Positions 10,113 to 22,730 are shown, counted from the first letter of the stretch. The stretch: 64,000 bases of DNA from Acidimicrobiia bacterium (GCA_016215655.1 JACRIT010000085.1:39007-103006); one strand, 5' to 3'. Notes: generated by a model from the letters alone, not told the origin. Numbers and translations are program-made.

Positions 10113-12311
10113 CTAGTCCCTCTCACCCCCGCCGGGGAGCAGCCGGTAGGCGTCGTAGACCCCCTCGACCCCCCGCATCTCCTCAATGGCACGGTCGAGG
10201 GTGGCGATGTCGGACAACTCGATCTCGAACTTCAGCACGGCCACGCGATCCCGGCTCGTCACCGTCGACGACGAGACGATGTTGGCGCCGAGATCCGAAA
10301 GGGCCACGGTGACGTCGCGCAGCAACCGGGGCCGATCGAGGGCCTCTGCCTGGACGGCGGCACGGAAGGTGCCGGCGTGCTCGGCAGACCAGCTCACCTC
10401 GATCATGCGTTCCGATCGATCGACGAGCGATTCGACGTTCGTGCAGTCGGCGCGATGGATCGACACCCCCCGGCCGACGGTCACGTACCCCACGATGGCA
10501 TCTCCCGGAAGGGGGGTGCAGCAATGGGCGATCCGCACCAGCATGTCGTCCATGCCCTCCACCACGATCCCACCCGAGGGGCTGCCGCGCACCGGGAAGG
10601 CGGAAGGCGATGGCTCCTCGTCCTCCTGGCGCTCCGCCTCGGGGTGGACGAGGCGCACGAGGCGGTGCACCACCGTCTGCGGATTCGTGTTCCCGTCCCC
10701 GATGCCGACGAACATCGACTCGATGTCGCGGAACCCGAGCGAGTCGGCCACCTCGGCGAGCAACTCGTCGCGCTTGGCGGCGCCCAGGCCGAGACCCTCG
10801 CGGCGCAGCAGTTTGGCGATCTCCTCCCGGCCGTCGACGAGCGACTGCTCCCGCCGCTCCTGGGTGAACCAATGCCGGATCTTGGCGGCGGCACGCGAGG
10901 TACGGACGAACGACAGCCAGTCGCGCGACGGGGCGTCGGACTTCGAGGTGATCACCTCGACGATGTCACCCGACTCGAGACGGGTCGACAGTGGCACGAG
11001 GCGGCCGTTGACCCGCGCCCCGGTGCAGCGGTGCCCCACCTCGGTGTGCACGGCGTAGGCGAAGTCGATCGGGGTGGCCCCCCGCGGCAACACCTTCACG
11101 TGGCCGTTCGGCGTGAGGGCAAAGACCTCGTCGTCGTAGAGGTCGAGCTTGAGGCCGGCGAGGAACTCGGCCGGTGACTCGTAGTCATCGGCTCCATCGG
11201 CGAGATCCCCCGGCATCGTGAGATCCTCGGCGGTCGTTCCGCCCTCCTTGTACCTCCAGTGCGCCGCAATGCCCTGTTCGGCACGGTCGTGCATCTCCTT
11301 GGTGCGTATCTGCACCTCGAGCGGCTTGCGATCGGGACCGAGCACCGTCGTGTGCAGGCTCTGGTACAGATTGAACTTGGGCATCGCGATGTAGTCCTTG
11401 AACCTCCCCTGCACCGGAGGCCAGGTGGTGTGGATGATGCCGAGGGCTGCGTAGCAATCGGCGACCTCCTTCGTGATGATGCGGATGCCGAGGAGGTCAT
11501 GGATCTCGTCGAAGGTGCGCCCGCCATCGACCATCTTGCGATAGATGGAGTAGATGTGCTTGGGGCGCCCCGTGACTTCGGCGGTGATCCCGGCATCCAC
11601 GAGCATCTGCTCCACTCCCGTGATGACCGAGCGGAGAAAGGCGTCCCGCTCCGGAGCGCGCGCCCGCATGAGCTCCACGATCTCGGCGTAGCGACGGGGA
11701 TGGAGAATGGCGAAGCAGCGGTCCTCCATCTCGTGCTTGATCTCCTGGACACCGAGCCGGTGGGCAAGCGGCGCGTAGACCTCGAGGGTCTCGGCGGCGA
11801 TGCGCTGCTGCTTCTCCGGGGAAAGGGGGAAGATGGTGCGGACGTTGTGCAGGCGATCGGCGAGTTTGATGAGCAGGACGCGCACGTCGCGCGCCATGGC
11901 GATGACCATCTTGCGGATCGTCGCCGCTTGCTGGTCCTCCCGGCTCGAGTACCGCACCCGATCGAGCTTCGTGACCCCATCGATCAGATACGCAACGGTG
12001 GCGCCAAACTCTCGCTCCACGTCGACGAGCGTGATGCGGGTGTCCTCCACCGTGTCGTGGAGGATCGCCGCGGCCACGGTTTCCGCATCCAATCCGTAGT
12101 CCGCCAGCATCGACGCCACCGCCAGGGGATGAGTGATGTACGGCTCGCCGGTCTTGCGGAACTGCCCCTCGTGTGCCGCGGCGGCGATGTCGTACGCCCG
12201 GTGGATGAGGGTGTCCGACTCGTGGGGGTGATGGCGCCGGAACCGATCCAGCACGGGACCCAGCTCGGAGATGACCGCGTCCTCCGGCCGCGAGCCGGCC
12301 TCAATCGACAC
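10113..12311 (-). CDS. relA: bifunctional (p)ppGpp synthetase/hydrolase
   Basis: 732 aa with HD domain (HDTVEDT), RelA/SpoT synthetase domain, TGS and ACT domains. Confidence 0.9.
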   Translation of the reverse strand: MSIEAGSRPEDAVISELGPVLDRFRRHHPHESDTLIHRAYDIAAAAHEGQFRKTGEPYITHPLAVASMLADYGLDAETVAAAILHDTVEDTRITLVDVEREFGATVAYLIDGVTKLDRVRYSSREDQQAATIRKMVIAMARDVRVLLIKLADRLHNVRTIFPLSPEKQQRIAAETLEVYAPLAHRLGVQEIKHEMEDRCFAILHPRRYAEIVELMRARAPERDAFLRSVITGVEQMLVDAGITAEVTGRPKHIYSIYRKMVDGGRTFDEIHDLLGIRIITKEVADCYAALGIIHTTWPPVQGRFKDYIAMPKFNLYQSLHTTVLGPDRKPLEVQIRTKEMHDRAEQGIAAHWRYKEGGTTAEDLTMPGDLADGADDYESPAEFLAGLKLDLYDDEVFALTPNGHVKVLPRGATPIDFAYAVHTEVGHRCTGARVNGRLVPLSTRLESGDIVEVITSKSDAPSRDWLSFVRTSRAAAKIRHWFTQERREQSLVDGREEIAKLLRREGLGLGAAKRDELLAEVADSLGFRDIESMFVGIGDGNTNPQTVVHRLVRLVHPEAERQEDEEPSPSAFPVRGSPSGGIVVEGMDDMLVRIAHCCTPLPGDAIVGYVTVGRGVSIHRADCTNVESLVDRSERMIEVSWSAEHAGTFRAAVQAEALDRPRLLRDVTVALSDLGANIVSSSTVTSRDRVAVLKFEIELSDIATLDRAIEEMRGVEGVYDAYRLLPGGGERD

Positions 12312-12816
12312 GAATCACCGCCTCGAACGGCACCGTGATGCGCGCGCGCCCGCCGAGAAACCCCAGTTCGACGAGCACCCCGAAGCCCAGCACCTCGGCG
12401 CCCAGGTCCCGGATGAGGGAGATCGTGGCTGCTCCCGTCCCTCCGGTGGCGAGGACGTCGTCGATGATGACCACCCGGTCGCCAGGGCCCACGGCGTCGG
12501 CATGCGCCTCGAGCCGATCGGTGCCGTACTCGAGCTCGTAGCTCTTCGCCACCGTGTTCCACGGCAGCTTCCCGGGCTTGCGCACCGGAACGAACCCGGC
12601 ATGGATGCGAGCCGCCACGGGACTGCCGACGATGAATCCGCGCGACTCGATGCCCACCACGTGGCTGACCCCTCTCCCCCGCCACGGCTTGGCCATGGCC
12701 TCGAGGACGCGGTCGAAGGCGCCGGCATCACCGAGGAGCGGGGTGATGTCCTTGAAGATGATGCCCGGCCTGGGGAAGTCGGGTACGTCACGAATCAACG
12801 CGCGGAGATCATCCAT
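12301..12816 (-). CDS. apt: adenine phosphoribosyltransferase
   Basis: 171 aa; PRPP-binding motif VVIIDDVLATGGT, typical Apt length, directly upstream of relA. Confidence 0.9.
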   Translation of the reverse strand: MDDLRALIRDVPDFPRPGIIFKDITPLLGDAGAFDRVLEAMAKPWRGRGVSHVVGIESRGFIVGSPVAARIHAGFVPVRKPGKLPWNTVAKSYELEYGTDRLEAHADAVGPGDRVVIIDDVLATGGTGAATISLIRDLGAEVLGFGVLVELGFLGGRARITVPFEAVIRVD

Positions 12817-12885
12817 CCGGCGATTGTACGGTCACCCTGCGACCGCTGGCGGCGGCTTCGGGCACCGAGGCTCCGACGCTCGCAC

Positions 12886-13938
12886 TCAGCGGCGCGAGCC
12901 CTTCTGGCGCTTGCGCGGCGGCCGGGGCACCGCTCCGGTCGCCACGGCCGTGACTGCCGACGGAGTGCTGTCGTGGGGAGCGAAGTCCTCTCCGGTGCCG
13001 CGGCGTTCCAGCCGGCGGCGCACCTTGATCCAGTGGTCTTCGCGCTCCTTCCACATCCCCACGAGGGGGGCGGCGAGGAAGATCGACGAATACATGCTCG
13101 TCGCCACCCCGACGAAGAGGGCCATGGCGAATTCACGCAGCGTCGTGGCGCCGAGCAGGAACGAGCCGACGAAGAGAAGGCTCCCGATCGGAAGCAGGGA
13201 GACGAGCGAGGTGTTGATGGAGCGCATGAGCACCTCGTTCATCGACATGTTCACGATCGCCGCATAGGTGTGGCGCTCACCCCGGTCACGGACGTTCTCC
13301 TGCATCTTGTCGAACACGACCACGGTGTCATACAGCGAGTAGCCGAGAATGGTGAGGATGGCGATCACCGTCGCCGGGGTGACCTCGAGACCGGTGAGTG
13401 CGTAGATCCCGGATGTGAAGATGAGGTCGTGCATGAGGGCGAAGATGGCCGCGCCCGCCATCTTCCACTCGAGTCGCCACGCCATATAGAGAGCGATCAC
13501 GATGAGGAACACGATGAGGGCGCGCACCGCCGACTTCGTGACCTGGCTGCCAAAGGTCGGTCCCACGGACTGCCTGCTGGCATCGGCCGAATCCACTCCG
13601 AGCAGCTCGGCCAGGTCCTCCACCAGAGCATCTTCGTCGCCCGGCTCGAGCTGGTTGGTCTGCACCCGGATTCCGGACCCACCCACCTCCTGAACCTTGG
13701 CGCTTCCGACGCCGGCGGCGTCAACCCGCTCCCGCACCGCGGCGACCGAGATGCCATTCGGATTGGGGAACTCGACGAGGGTTCCCCCGGTGAAGTCGAC
13801 ACTCAAGTCGAGACGCAGGACGATCAGGGCGAACAGGGACACCGCGATGATCACCCCGGACAGGGCGAACCACCGCCGCCGGTTTCCGTAGAAATCGAAT
13901 CGGGTGTCGCCGTGGTAGAGGTCGCGCCACAGGCTCAT
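12886..13938 (-). CDS. secF: protein translocase subunit SecF
   Basis: Starts MSLWRDLYHGDTRFDFYG; 6-TM SecF topology. ATG overlaps the secD stop (ATGA). Confidence 0.9.
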   Translation of the reverse strand: MSLWRDLYHGDTRFDFYGNRRRWFALSGVIIAVSLFALIVLRLDLSVDFTGGTLVEFPNPNGISVAAVRERVDAAGVGSAKVQEVGGSGIRVQTNQLEPGDEDALVEDLAELLGVDSADASRQSVGPTFGSQVTKSAVRALIVFLIVIALYMAWRLEWKMAGAAIFALMHDLIFTSGIYALTGLEVTPATVIAILTILGYSLYDTVVVFDKMQENVRDRGERHTYAAIVNMSMNEVLMRSINTSLVSLLPIGSLLFVGSFLLGATTLREFAMALFVGVATSMYSSIFLAAPLVGMWKEREDHWIKVRRRLERRGTGEDFAPHDSTPSAVTAVATGAVPRPPRKRQKGSRR

Positions 13939-15608
13939 TTCGTGGCCTCCCGGGGACGGCCCGTGGCGCCGCGGATCGAGAATCGGCCGCCGTCTCCGAA
14001 TCGGGTGTGCGCGAGCAACCACACCGCCGGCCGCGTGAAGAAGACTGCAACGAGCACGTCACAGACCGTGGTGATGAGCAGAGCCAATGCAAAGCCCTTC
14101 ACCGATCCCACGGCCAAGAAGAACAGAAGGATGGCACCCGTGATCGACACGGTGTCGGCGGTGAGGATCGTCCGGATGGCCTGTTTGAAGGAGAAGTCGA
14201 CCGCCGACGCCAGCGATCGTCCGCGGTGGACCTCTTCCTTGATCCGCTCGTAGTAGACGACGTACGAGTCGGCGCTCACCCCGACCCCGACGATGATCCC
14301 GGCCACGCCCGCCAGGGTAAGGGTGACCCCCTGCCATGCGCCGAGCGCGGAGAAGATCACCAGGGTGAGTGCCCCGGACACCCCCAGCCCGACGATGTTG
14401 AGCAGTCCCAACGCCCGGTAGTAGGCCACCATGGCCATCGCCACGAGGGCCAACCCGATGAACCCGGCGACGAGACCAGCGCGCAGCGAGTCCTCACCGA
14501 GGGTGGCCGAGACCGACTCGACGGACGACTGCTCGAAGGCCACCGGCAGGGCGCCGTACTTGAGCACGACGGCGAGGTTGCTCGCCTCGGACTCCTGGTC
14601 GGCGGCATTGCCGAGGGTGATCACGGCGGAGCCGCCGGTGATGCCGGTCGTCGGCGAGACCTCGGCCGCCACCGCCGGCGCCGACTGCACGATGCCGTCG
14701 AGCACGATGGCGAACTGGCGCCGGACGTCACCGAGCGGGAATCCCGCCAACTCGGCGGTCACCTCGGCGAACTTCTCGCCTCCGGACTCGGTGAAATCCA
14801 GGGCGACCAGCCACTGGCCGGTGAGCGAGCCGGTGGTCGTGCCCTGGAACTGCGCCTGGGCGCCTTCGAGGTCCGAACCGAGCACCCGGGCGGGACCGGT
14901 GTGATAGACGATGCCATCGGGGGTGGAGAGGAACGCCTCCAGGGTCGGCACCGGCACCACGGTGATCCCCGTGTCGGGGTCGAGGCAGCCCGGCTGGTCG
15001 ACGACATCGCAGCGGGTCACCCCCTCGGGCATGACCACGCCCTCCCACGGATCGACCGGCACCGTCGTGGTCGTCGTGGTCTCGCCCCCGGCGCCCGTGG
15101 TGGTCGTGGTCGCCGCAGTCGTCGAGGTGGTGGCGCCGGCGACGGTGGTGGTCGTGGTGGAGCTGAGGCCGAATGTGGTCGTGGTCGTGGAACCGTCGGT
15201 CGTGCCGTCATCGACGGGAGCCGTGAAGAAGATCGGGCTGATGCCCAGCACCGGGCTGACGGCGAGCACCGGACGGAACTCGAGCTGCCCGGTGGTGCCC
15301 ACGGCGGACAGGGCCCGGTCTCGATCGGTCACCCCGGGAAGCTGCACCTCCACCGTGCGATCGCCGACGACGGCGATCTCCGGCTCCTGGACGTCACCGA
15401 GCGCCTCGATGCGCCGCCGCATGATGCTCACGGCCTGATCGATCACCGCGGGGTCGGTCCCCTCGGGAGCCTCGAGGACGACGGCGAAGCCGCCCTGGAG
15501 ATCGAGACCGAGCCGGGGCGTGGTGTCGGTCACCTGGGTCAACACGAGAAGGCCGATGGTGACGACCAGCGTCGTCAGGAGTGTGATCAGGGCACCACGC
15601 CGCGACAT
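13935..15608 (-). CDS. secD: protein translocase subunit SecD
   Basis: Starts MSRRGALITLLTTLVV; large periplasmic domain with a Thr-rich linker followed by the C-terminal SecD/SecF 6-TM domain. Confidence 0.9.
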   Translation of the reverse strand: MSRRGALITLLTTLVVTIGLLVLTQVTDTTPRLGLDLQGGFAVVLEAPEGTDPAVIDQAVSIMRRRIEALGDVQEPEIAVVGDRTVEVQLPGVTDRDRALSAVGTTGQLEFRPVLAVSPVLGISPIFFTAPVDDGTTDGSTTTTTFGLSSTTTTTVAGATTSTTAATTTTTGAGGETTTTTTVPVDPWEGVVMPEGVTRCDVVDQPGCLDPDTGITVVPVPTLEAFLSTPDGIVYHTGPARVLGSDLEGAQAQFQGTTTGSLTGQWLVALDFTESGGEKFAEVTAELAGFPLGDVRRQFAIVLDGIVQSAPAVAAEVSPTTGITGGSAVITLGNAADQESEASNLAVVLKYGALPVAFEQSSVESVSATLGEDSLRAGLVAGFIGLALVAMAMVAYYRALGLLNIVGLGVSGALTLVIFSALGAWQGVTLTLAGVAGIIVGVGVSADSYVVYYERIKEEVHRGRSLASAVDFSFKQAIRTILTADTVSITGAILLFFLAVGSVKGFALALLITTVCDVLVAVFFTRPAVWLLAHTRFGDGGRFSIRGATGRPREATK

Positions 15609-15612
15609 CCGG

Positions 15613-15922
15613 CTACCCGGTGACCTTGCGGGCGATGGCCTGGCGGGCCACCCGGAGCTTGCCGCCCCCTTCGACCCGGAGGATGACGTGGCCCTCACCG
15701 ATGAACTCGATGTGGCCGTAGATCCCGCCGATGGTGATCACCTCGTCATTGAGGGCCAGGCCCGACAGCAGCTGCTGCTGGTCGCGGAGTCGGCGGCGCT
15801 GCGGACGCACCATGAGGAAGTAGAAGAGACCGCCGAGCACGACGGCGTAGAGCAGCAGCGTCGCCCATGTCGAGCCGGTGCTCGTGGTCGCGTCGTCAGC
15901 CTGGGCAAGGATGGTGATCATC
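15613..15922 (-). CDS. yajC: preprotein translocase subunit YajC
   Basis: 102 aa from MITILAQADD...LLLYAVVLGGLFYFLMVRPQRRR...; single TM helix plus conserved YajC C-terminus. The ORF-track N-terminal extension is not needed. Confidence 0.85.
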
Positions 15923-15962
15923 GGACCTCCGGAACCCGCCCCGGTCGGGGCGAGGCGGTCGC

Positions 15963-18088
<2,126 letters not shown>

Positions 18089-18110
18089 CGTGGGGAGAGT
18101 ATGGGCCGTC

Positions 18111-18248
18111 CGCAATTCGCAATTCGTCAGAGCGTGAGAGCACCGTGCCTCACCGCCCACGAGTCCGCTGCGACTTCGCCGCGGCTGGCGCATTGCGAAC
18201 TGCGAATTGCGAATTGCGGGCCACTGCCAATTGCCAATCGCCAATCAC
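18111..18248. repeat. intergenic structured repeat: 16-bp perfect inverted repeat built from tandem CGCAATT heptamers, followed by a GCCAAT x3 tandem
   Basis: CGCAATTCGCAATTCG at 18111-18126 and its exact reverse complement CGAATTGCGAATTGCG at 18203-18218, 76 nt apart. A GCGAAcT/GCGAATT x3 tandem and CCAATTGCCAATCGCCAATC at 18221-18248 follow. The region lies between the ruvB stop (18254) and the queA start (18088). Confidence 0.6.
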
Positions 18249-18253
18249 CCGAC

Positions 18254-19279
18254 CTACAACAGCTTCCCCTGCTCGATCGCCGTGGGCACTTCGAGTCCGA
18301 GGTGGCGATAGGCCAGGGCGGTGGCGATACGACCCCGCGAGGTGCGCTGCAGGAACCCCATCTGGAGCAGGAAGGGCTCGTAGGCGTCTTCGACCGTCTG
18401 GGTCTCCTCACTCACCGCGATCGCCAGCGTCGACAGACCCACCGGCCCGCCGCCGAACTTGTGGATGACCGCCTCGAGGATCGCCCGGTCGACCCGATCG
18501 AGGCCGGCGGCATCGACCTCGAACACCTCGAGTGCCTGCTCGGCGATGGCGACGTCGACCGCACCGTCCGCTCGCACCGCGGCGAAGTCCCGGACCCGCC
18601 GCAACAGACGGTTGCCGATGCGCGGCGTACCGCGCGATCGCTGGGCGATGGCGCGGCGGCCGTCGCGGTCGATGGTGATGCCGAGGAGCCGGGCAGAACG
18701 CTCCACGATGGCCTCGAGCTCCTCCGGGCGGTAGTAGTCGATGCGAGCGACATAGCCGAAGCGATCCCGCAGCGGCGCCGACACCCTGCCGACGCGCGTC
18801 GTGGCACCGATGAGCGTGAAGGGTGGGAGCTCGAGTCGGATCGAGTTCGCTCCGGCGCCCTTGCCGACCACGATGTCGAGCTGGAAGTCCTCCATGGCGG
18901 TGTAGAGGATCTCCTCGACGGCGCGCGGCAGGCGATGCACCTCGTCGATGAACATCACGTCGCCGCCCTGGAGATTCGACAGGATCGCGGCCAGGTCTCC
19001 GGCGCGCTCCAGCACCGGCCCCGAGGTGGCGCGCAGCTGTGCCCCCATCCCCTCGGCGAGGATGGCGGCGAGGGTGGTCTTGCCCAGACCCGGAGGACCG
19101 CTGAAGAGGACGTGGTCGAGGGGTTCACCTCTCCCCCGGGCCGCTTCCATGAGGATCGACAGCCGCTCCTTCAGCTCGTCCTGTCCGACGAACTCGTCGA
19201 GTGAGCGCGGACGCAGCCCTGCCTCGAACGCGGCGTCTTCCGGTCCCGGTCGTCCGGCGAGCAGCCCGTCCTCTCTCAT
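18254..19279 (-). CDS. ruvB: Holliday junction branch migration DNA helicase RuvB
   Basis: 341 aa; [12 protein letters not shown], Walker [12 protein letters not shown], sensor motifs. ATG overlaps the ruvA stop. Confidence 0.95.
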   Translation of the reverse strand: MREDGLLAGRPGPEDAAFEAGLRPRSLDEFVGQDELKERLSILMEAARGRGEPLDHVLFSGPPGLGKTTLAAILAEGMGAQLRATSGPVLERAGDLAAILSNLQGGDVMFIDEVHRLPRAVEEILYTAMEDFQLDIVVGKGAGANSIRLELPPFTLIGATTRVGRVSAPLRDRFGYVARIDYYRPEELEAIVERSARLLGITIDRDGRRAIAQRSRGTPRIGNRLLRRVRDFAAVRADGAVDVAIAEQALEVFEVDAAGLDRVDRAILEAVIHKFGGGPVGLSTLAIAVSEETQTVEDAYEPFLLQMGFLQRTSRGRIATALAYRHLGLEVPTAIEQGKLL

Positions 19280-19842
19280 CGGCGCCCCAGCTTCTGCAGC
19301 GCGGCGCGGAGCATGGCTTCCACGTCCTCACCGTGCAGGTCCGCGATGGCATCGCGGATCTCCGCTGCCGAGTACCCGAGCCCCTCGAGCGCGGTGCGCA
19401 CCGAGCCGAGCCCTCCCGACGCGGGGATGCCTCCCGCAGGGAGCGCCAGACGGGCGCGGAGGTCGAGCACGAGCTTCTGAGCGCTGCGCACGCCGATTCC
19501 GGGAACGGTCGTGAGGGTGTCGATGTCCTCGCCGATCACCGCGGCTCGAAGCCGGTCGGGACCGAGCGCCCCGAGGATCGCCAGTGCGAGCTTCGGTCCC
19601 ACCCCGCTCGTTGCGATCAAGTGCCGGAAGACGACCCGGCCGTCCTCGTCGGCGAATCCGAAGAGCGCCAGCTGATCCTCGCGCACATGGAGGTGGGTGT
19701 GGATGACGACCTCTTCGCCGAGCGCAGGCAGCGCCCCGAGGTCGCGGGTGGGCATGGCGATCTCGTAGCCGACTCCACCGACATCGACGATCACCGATTC
19801 GGTGGTCAGGGCAACCAGCGTCCCGCGCAGCCGCCCGATCAC
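19276..19842 (-). CDS. ruvA: Holliday junction DNA helicase RuvA
   Basis: [28 protein letters not shown]...; GTG start at 19842 overlaps the ruvC stop (GTGA). The ORF-track extension to 20442 is out-of-context low-complexity. Confidence 0.9.
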   Translation of the reverse strand: MIGRLRGTLVALTTESVIVDVGGVGYEIAMPTRDLGALPALGEEVVIHTHLHVREDQLALFGFADEDGRVVFRHLIATSGVGPKLALAILGALGPDRLRAAVIGEDIDTLTTVPGIGVRSAQKLVLDLRARLALPAGGIPASGGLGSVRTALEGLGYSAAEIRDAIADLHGEDVEAMLRAALQKLGRR

Positions 19843-20333
19843 GTGCGCTCTCCGATGAGCCGGCGCAGGCCGGTGGACTGGAGATGGCACACGGCGATGG
19901 CCAGGGCATCGGCGGCGTCGGCCGGCTTCGGAGCCTCCGTCATCCCGAGCCTCCGGGCCACCATCGCCTGAACCTGATCCTTGGGGGCGTCGCCGTACCC
20001 GGTCACGGCGAGCTTCACCGCCGACGGCGTGTACTCGGTGACCCGCAGGCCCGCCCGGGCCACGGCGAGGATGGCGACACCCGATGCCCGTCCCACCGCG
20101 GTGGCGGTCTGCAGGTTGCGATTCACGAAGACCTCTTCGATGGCGGCCTCCGTGGGACCGAACTCGGCGATCACGGCCGAGAGGTCGTCGAACAATTCCA
20201 CGAGCCGTTGCGACAGGGGCGCCCGCGGATCGGTGCGCACCACCCCTGCCGCCAGGGCCTGCAGCGGGCGGCTCGCCGCGACGATGCCGTACCCGGTGAC
20301 CGAGAGACCGGGGTCGATGCCGAGGACAAACAT
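19839..20333 (-). CDS. ruvC: crossover junction endodeoxyribonuclease RuvC
   Basis: MFVLGIDPGLSVTGYGIV... with the catalytic D..E..D..D pattern, 164 aa. Confidence 0.9.
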   Translation of the reverse strand: MFVLGIDPGLSVTGYGIVAASRPLQALAAGVVRTDPRAPLSQRLVELFDDLSAVIAEFGPTEAAIEEVFVNRNLQTATAVGRASGVAILAVARAGLRVTEYTPSAVKLAVTGYGDAPKDQVQAMVARRLGMTEAPKPADAADALAIAVCHLQSTGLRRLIGERT

Positions 20334-20396
20334 GTGTTCGATCAGGATAGAGCCCCCACGAAGGGCCTGGGGGGATTGCGCGGATAGCCTGTCCGC

Positions 20397-21941
20397 ATGA
20401 TCCGCGACGAACCGTCGGCGGCGGCGATGGCGGCGGCGACACCCGCCGACCGCGACCGGTGGATCGACTTCCTCCGGGCCCTCAGCATCCTCGTGGTCGT
20501 CGTGGGCCATTGGCTGGTCGCGGTGGTGGTGTGGCGCGACGGCCGGATCGAGGGGTTCAATGCCCTCGAGCGGATCGATGGGCTGTGGTCGATCACCTGG
20601 GTCCTGCAGGTGATGCCGATCTTCTTCTTCGTCGGTGGCTTCTCCAACCTCGTGAGCCTGCGCGCCGCCCGGCGCCGAGGCGTGGGATACGCCGGGTATC
20701 TCCACGGGCGGGTCACCCGGATGATGCGTCCGACCGCGCTCTTCCTCGGCCTCTCCGTCGTCGTCGTGGCGACGCTCGACGCCCTCAACCTCGCCGACGA
20801 CATCGTGTTCCCCGTGGCCACGCTCATCACCGGGCCCTTGTGGTTCCTCGGCGTGTACATGATCGTCGTGGCCCTCGCCCCGGTCATGGTCGCCCTGCAC
20901 GAGCGTCTCGGCTTCCGGGTGATCGTGGCCCTCGTGGCGCTGACCGGAGCCGTCGACCTCGTCCGATTCGCCGGAGGAGTGTCGGCGGTGGGATACGCCA
21001 ACTACCCCCTCGTCTGGCTGCTCGCCCACCAGTGGGGCTTCGTCTACGCCGACGGGGGACTGACGGCCCTCCGCGGGCGGCTGCTGGCCGCCGTCGGATT
21101 TGCAGGGCTCGTTGCCCTCGTCTCGTTCGGGCCGTATCCCCTCTCGATGGTCGGTCTCGCCACCGACGAGTTCTCGAACATGGATCCACCGACGCTGTGC
21201 ATCGTGGCATTGACGATGTGGGAGGTGGGACTCGCCGTGGCGACTCGTGGGGCGGTCGCCCGATGGCTGCAACGCCCCCGTCCGTGGACCGCAGTGATCG
21301 TGGTGAACTCGGTGATCATGACGGTGTTCCTCTGGCACCTCACCGTGCTCGTGGTGGCCATCGGCCTCCTCTATCCGGTGGGGTTTCCGCAGCCGGATGT
21401 CGGCACGGCGTCGTGGTGGTGGTGGAGGCCGGTCTGGGTGGCGACGCTGACGGTGCTGCTCGCCGGGTTCGTGGCCGCCTTCGGAGCCGTGGAGCGGCGT
21501 GGCCTGACTCGTTCACCTGGGGGCGGCGCGGCCCGCCCGGGGAGTGCCCTGCTCGCCGTGGTGGCGGTGACGGCGACCCTGGTCGGAGTGCTCGGGTTCG
21601 CCGTCGGCGGCCTCCACCAGGTCTTCTCCCCCACCGGCGAGGATCTCATCGTGATGGCGGTCAATCCGTTTCAGAATGTGGTCCACATCGCCTGGGGGAT
21701 GGTGGCGCTCGCCGCGGCGTCGGGCCGCTTCGGACGAATCTCCCCTGCGGCCCTGGTCTCGATGGCGATGGCGGCAGCACTCGCCGTCGCGGGTCCGGTG
21801 CTGCGCGGCCTCGGCGAGGGCAATGTCCTCGCCCTCGATGGAACCGGAGACGTCCTCCACCTCGGGTTGGCCGTCCTGGCGGCAGTCGCCTGGGTGCGGA
21901 GCAGGTCGGGCGGCACGATCGTCGACCGGGAGTCCGGCTGA
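20397..21941 (+). CDS. acyltransferase family 3 (OpgC/OafA-like) integral membrane protein
   Basis: 514 aa, about 10 TM helices, N-terminal WIDFLRALSILVVVVGHW (acyltransferase_3 signature R..LR... .H). High GC3. Lies on the opposite strand to the flanking ruvC and yebC genes. Confidence 0.75.
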   Translation: MIRDEPSAAAMAAATPADRDRWIDFLRALSILVVVVGHWLVAVVVWRDGRIEGFNALERIDGLWSITWVLQVMPIFFFVGGFSNLVSLRAARRRGVGYAGYLHGRVTRMMRPTALFLGLSVVVVATLDALNLADDIVFPVATLITGPLWFLGVYMIVVALAPVMVALHERLGFRVIVALVALTGAVDLVRFAGGVSAVGYANYPLVWLLAHQWGFVYADGGLTALRGRLLAAVGFAGLVALVSFGPYPLSMVGLATDEFSNMDPPTLCIVALTMWEVGLAVATRGAVARWLQRPRPWTAVIVVNSVIMTVFLWHLTVLVVAIGLLYPVGFPQPDVGTASWWWWRPVWVATLTVLLAGFVAAFGAVERRGLTRSPGGGAARPGSALLAVVAVTATLVGVLGFAVGGLHQVFSPTGEDLIVMAVNPFQNVVHIAWGMVALAAASGRFGRISPAALVSMAMAAALAVAGPVLRGLGEGNVLALDGTGDVLHLGLAVLAAVAWVRSRSGGTIVDRESG

Positions 21942-21989
21942 AGACTGAAAGCCGTCCGGGGTCTGCCGTCTGCGATCTGCCGCCTGGTC

Positions 21990-22730
21990 TCACCCGGCGA
22001 CGGCAGCCATGACCTCGTCGCTGATGTCGAAGTTGGCGTAGACCGCCTGCACGTCGTCGAGATCCTCGAGGGCATCGATCAGCCGGAGCACCGCACGCGC
22101 CGTCGATTCGTCGAGGGGCACCGAGGTCACGGGAAGGCGGGTGACCTCCGGGTCCTCGATGGCGATGCCCGCTTCCCGGAGCGCGGCCACCACCTTGGCC
22201 AGATCGCCGGGAGCCGTGATCACCTCGTGCTGGGTCTGTCCGGGGCGAACGTCCTCGGCACCGGCGTCGAGTGCCACGAGCATGACATCGTCCTCGGCGC
22301 CGGTGGCAAGCAGGTAGCCGCGCTGCACGAACAGATAGGCCACCGATCCCGGTTCACCGAGATTGCCGCCGTTGCGCGAGAAGGTCGAACGGACGTCGGA
22401 CGCGGCCCGGTTGCGGTTGTCGGTCAGGGTCTGCACGTAGACCGCGACCCCGCCCGGGGCATACCCCTCGTACCAGATCTCGTCGTAGTGCCCGCCCCCG
22501 GACTCGCCGGTGCCGCGCTTGATGGCCCGCTCGATGTTGTCGTTGGGCATCTCCCCGGCCTTGGCCTTGGCCACCGCCTGGGCAAGGGCGGCATTCGTCG
22601 AGACGTCGCCGCCGCCATCACGCGCCGCCACTTCGATCCCGCGGGCGAGTTTGGCGAAGACCTTGGCGCGCTGGATGTCCTTGGCGCCCTTCTTGTGCTT
22701 GATGGTCGACCATTTGGAGTGCCCCGACAT
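21990..22730 (-). CDS. yebC: YebC/PmpR family DNA-binding transcriptional regulator
   Basis: Starts MSGHSKWSTIKHKKGAKDIQRAKVFAKLARGIEVAAR, a near-universal YebC N-terminus; 247 aa. Confidence 0.9.
   Translation of the reverse strand: MSGHSKWSTIKHKKGAKDIQRAKVFAKLARGIEVAARDGGGDVSTNAALAQAVAKAKAGEMPNDNIERAIKRGTGESGGGHYDEIWYEGYAPGGVAVYVQTLTDNRNRAASDVRSTFSRNGGNLGEPGSVAYLFVQRGYLLATGAEDDVMLVALDAGAEDVRPGQTQHEVITAPGDLAKVVAALREAGIAIEDPEVTRLPVTSVPLDESTARAVLRLIDALEDLDDVQAVYANFDISDEVMAAVAG

Noticed and set aside
20459-22012. 517-aa plus-strand ORF in an alternative frame to the acyltransferase-3 gene
   Set aside because: The 20397 frame gives clean TM helices and family-3 acyltransferase motifs, whereas this frame is Arg/Gly-rich.
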